From: a virus
Virus genome (UHGV): UHGV-0209067
DNA length: 43,863 nt
Strand: one strand, 5' to 3'
The notes beneath the pieces are model-generated. The model was not told the origin of the DNA and searched no databases. It was given only the letters and a program-made list of their open reading frames with translations. This document shows positions 43,703 to 43,863 of this stretch, piece after piece; position 1 is the stretch's first letter; every line of letters begins with the position of its first letter. The position numbers and the translations under genes were made by a program.

Positions 43703-43843
43703 TTTACACTTTGGGCAAAGTAATACCTGTTGCTGACGTACTTTCGTGGTCGACTGAGTAGATTTATGTCCACATATCGGACACGTGACAGTCATATTGG
43801 CTACAAGCCCAACACGCTGCATTGCGTAATCGAAGAATGACAT
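43703..43843 (-). CDS. small CxxC-containing ORF (not in supplied track)
   Basis: Hand translation of the minus strand gives MSFFDYAMQRVGLVANMTVTCPICGHKSTQSTTKGTSATGITLPKV (46 aa). May be truncated or spurious. Confidence 0.2.
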
Positions 43844-43863
43844 GATGGCTGACCTTTTAATGA

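Overview
The window reads as a complete or near-complete, circularly permuted temperate phage genome from an enterobacterial host. Its regulation is lambdoid and its tail is Mu-like contractile (SfV-like mosaic). Almost all late and early-right genes are on the minus strand.

From low to high coordinates:
- Lysis cassette: Rz/Rz1 spanins, SAR endolysin, pinholin.
- A tR'-like terminator and a Q antiterminator.
- Nin-like genes (YbcO/DUF1364-like).
- A LexA box in front of a small gene.
- An operon with two DNA methyltransferases (N6A/N4C beta-class and C5).
- A DnaB-like helicase and an O-like initiator with internal iterons.
- A YdaT/CII-like gene and a Cro-like gene.
- A short, apparently non-cleavable cI-like repressor.
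- A pL-like promoter followed by a ~600-nt ORF-free structured leader with repeats.
- An early-left operon: a Rad52/Sak-like annealase fused to a large N-terminal domain, Gp157, a Xis-like protein and a tyrosine integrase.
- An AT-rich two-gene cargo between int and attP: a YejK/NdpA-like (NA37) protein plus a 3-TM protein.
- attP itself, a 60-nt 3' fragment of tRNA-Ser(UGA) with a terminator.
- A second LexA box with a small gene.
- A Hin/Gin-family invertase with opposed alternative tail-fibre/Tfa gene pairs (a G-segment-like host-range switch).
- A Mu-like baseplate, tape measure, sheath and tube, with an AT-rich lipoprotein moron flanked by its own terminators.
- Head genes (major capsid, scaffold, Mu F-like, portal), then large and small terminase.

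The strongest candidate for an undescribed system is the int-attP cargo (NA37 DNA-binding protein plus membrane effector-like protein). Other unusual signals: a 15-nt translation-initiation motif GAGGAAAGACCAATG reused six times; a perfect 25-bp palindromic repeat at two module junctions; and two LexA boxes consistent with antirepressor-driven SOS induction.
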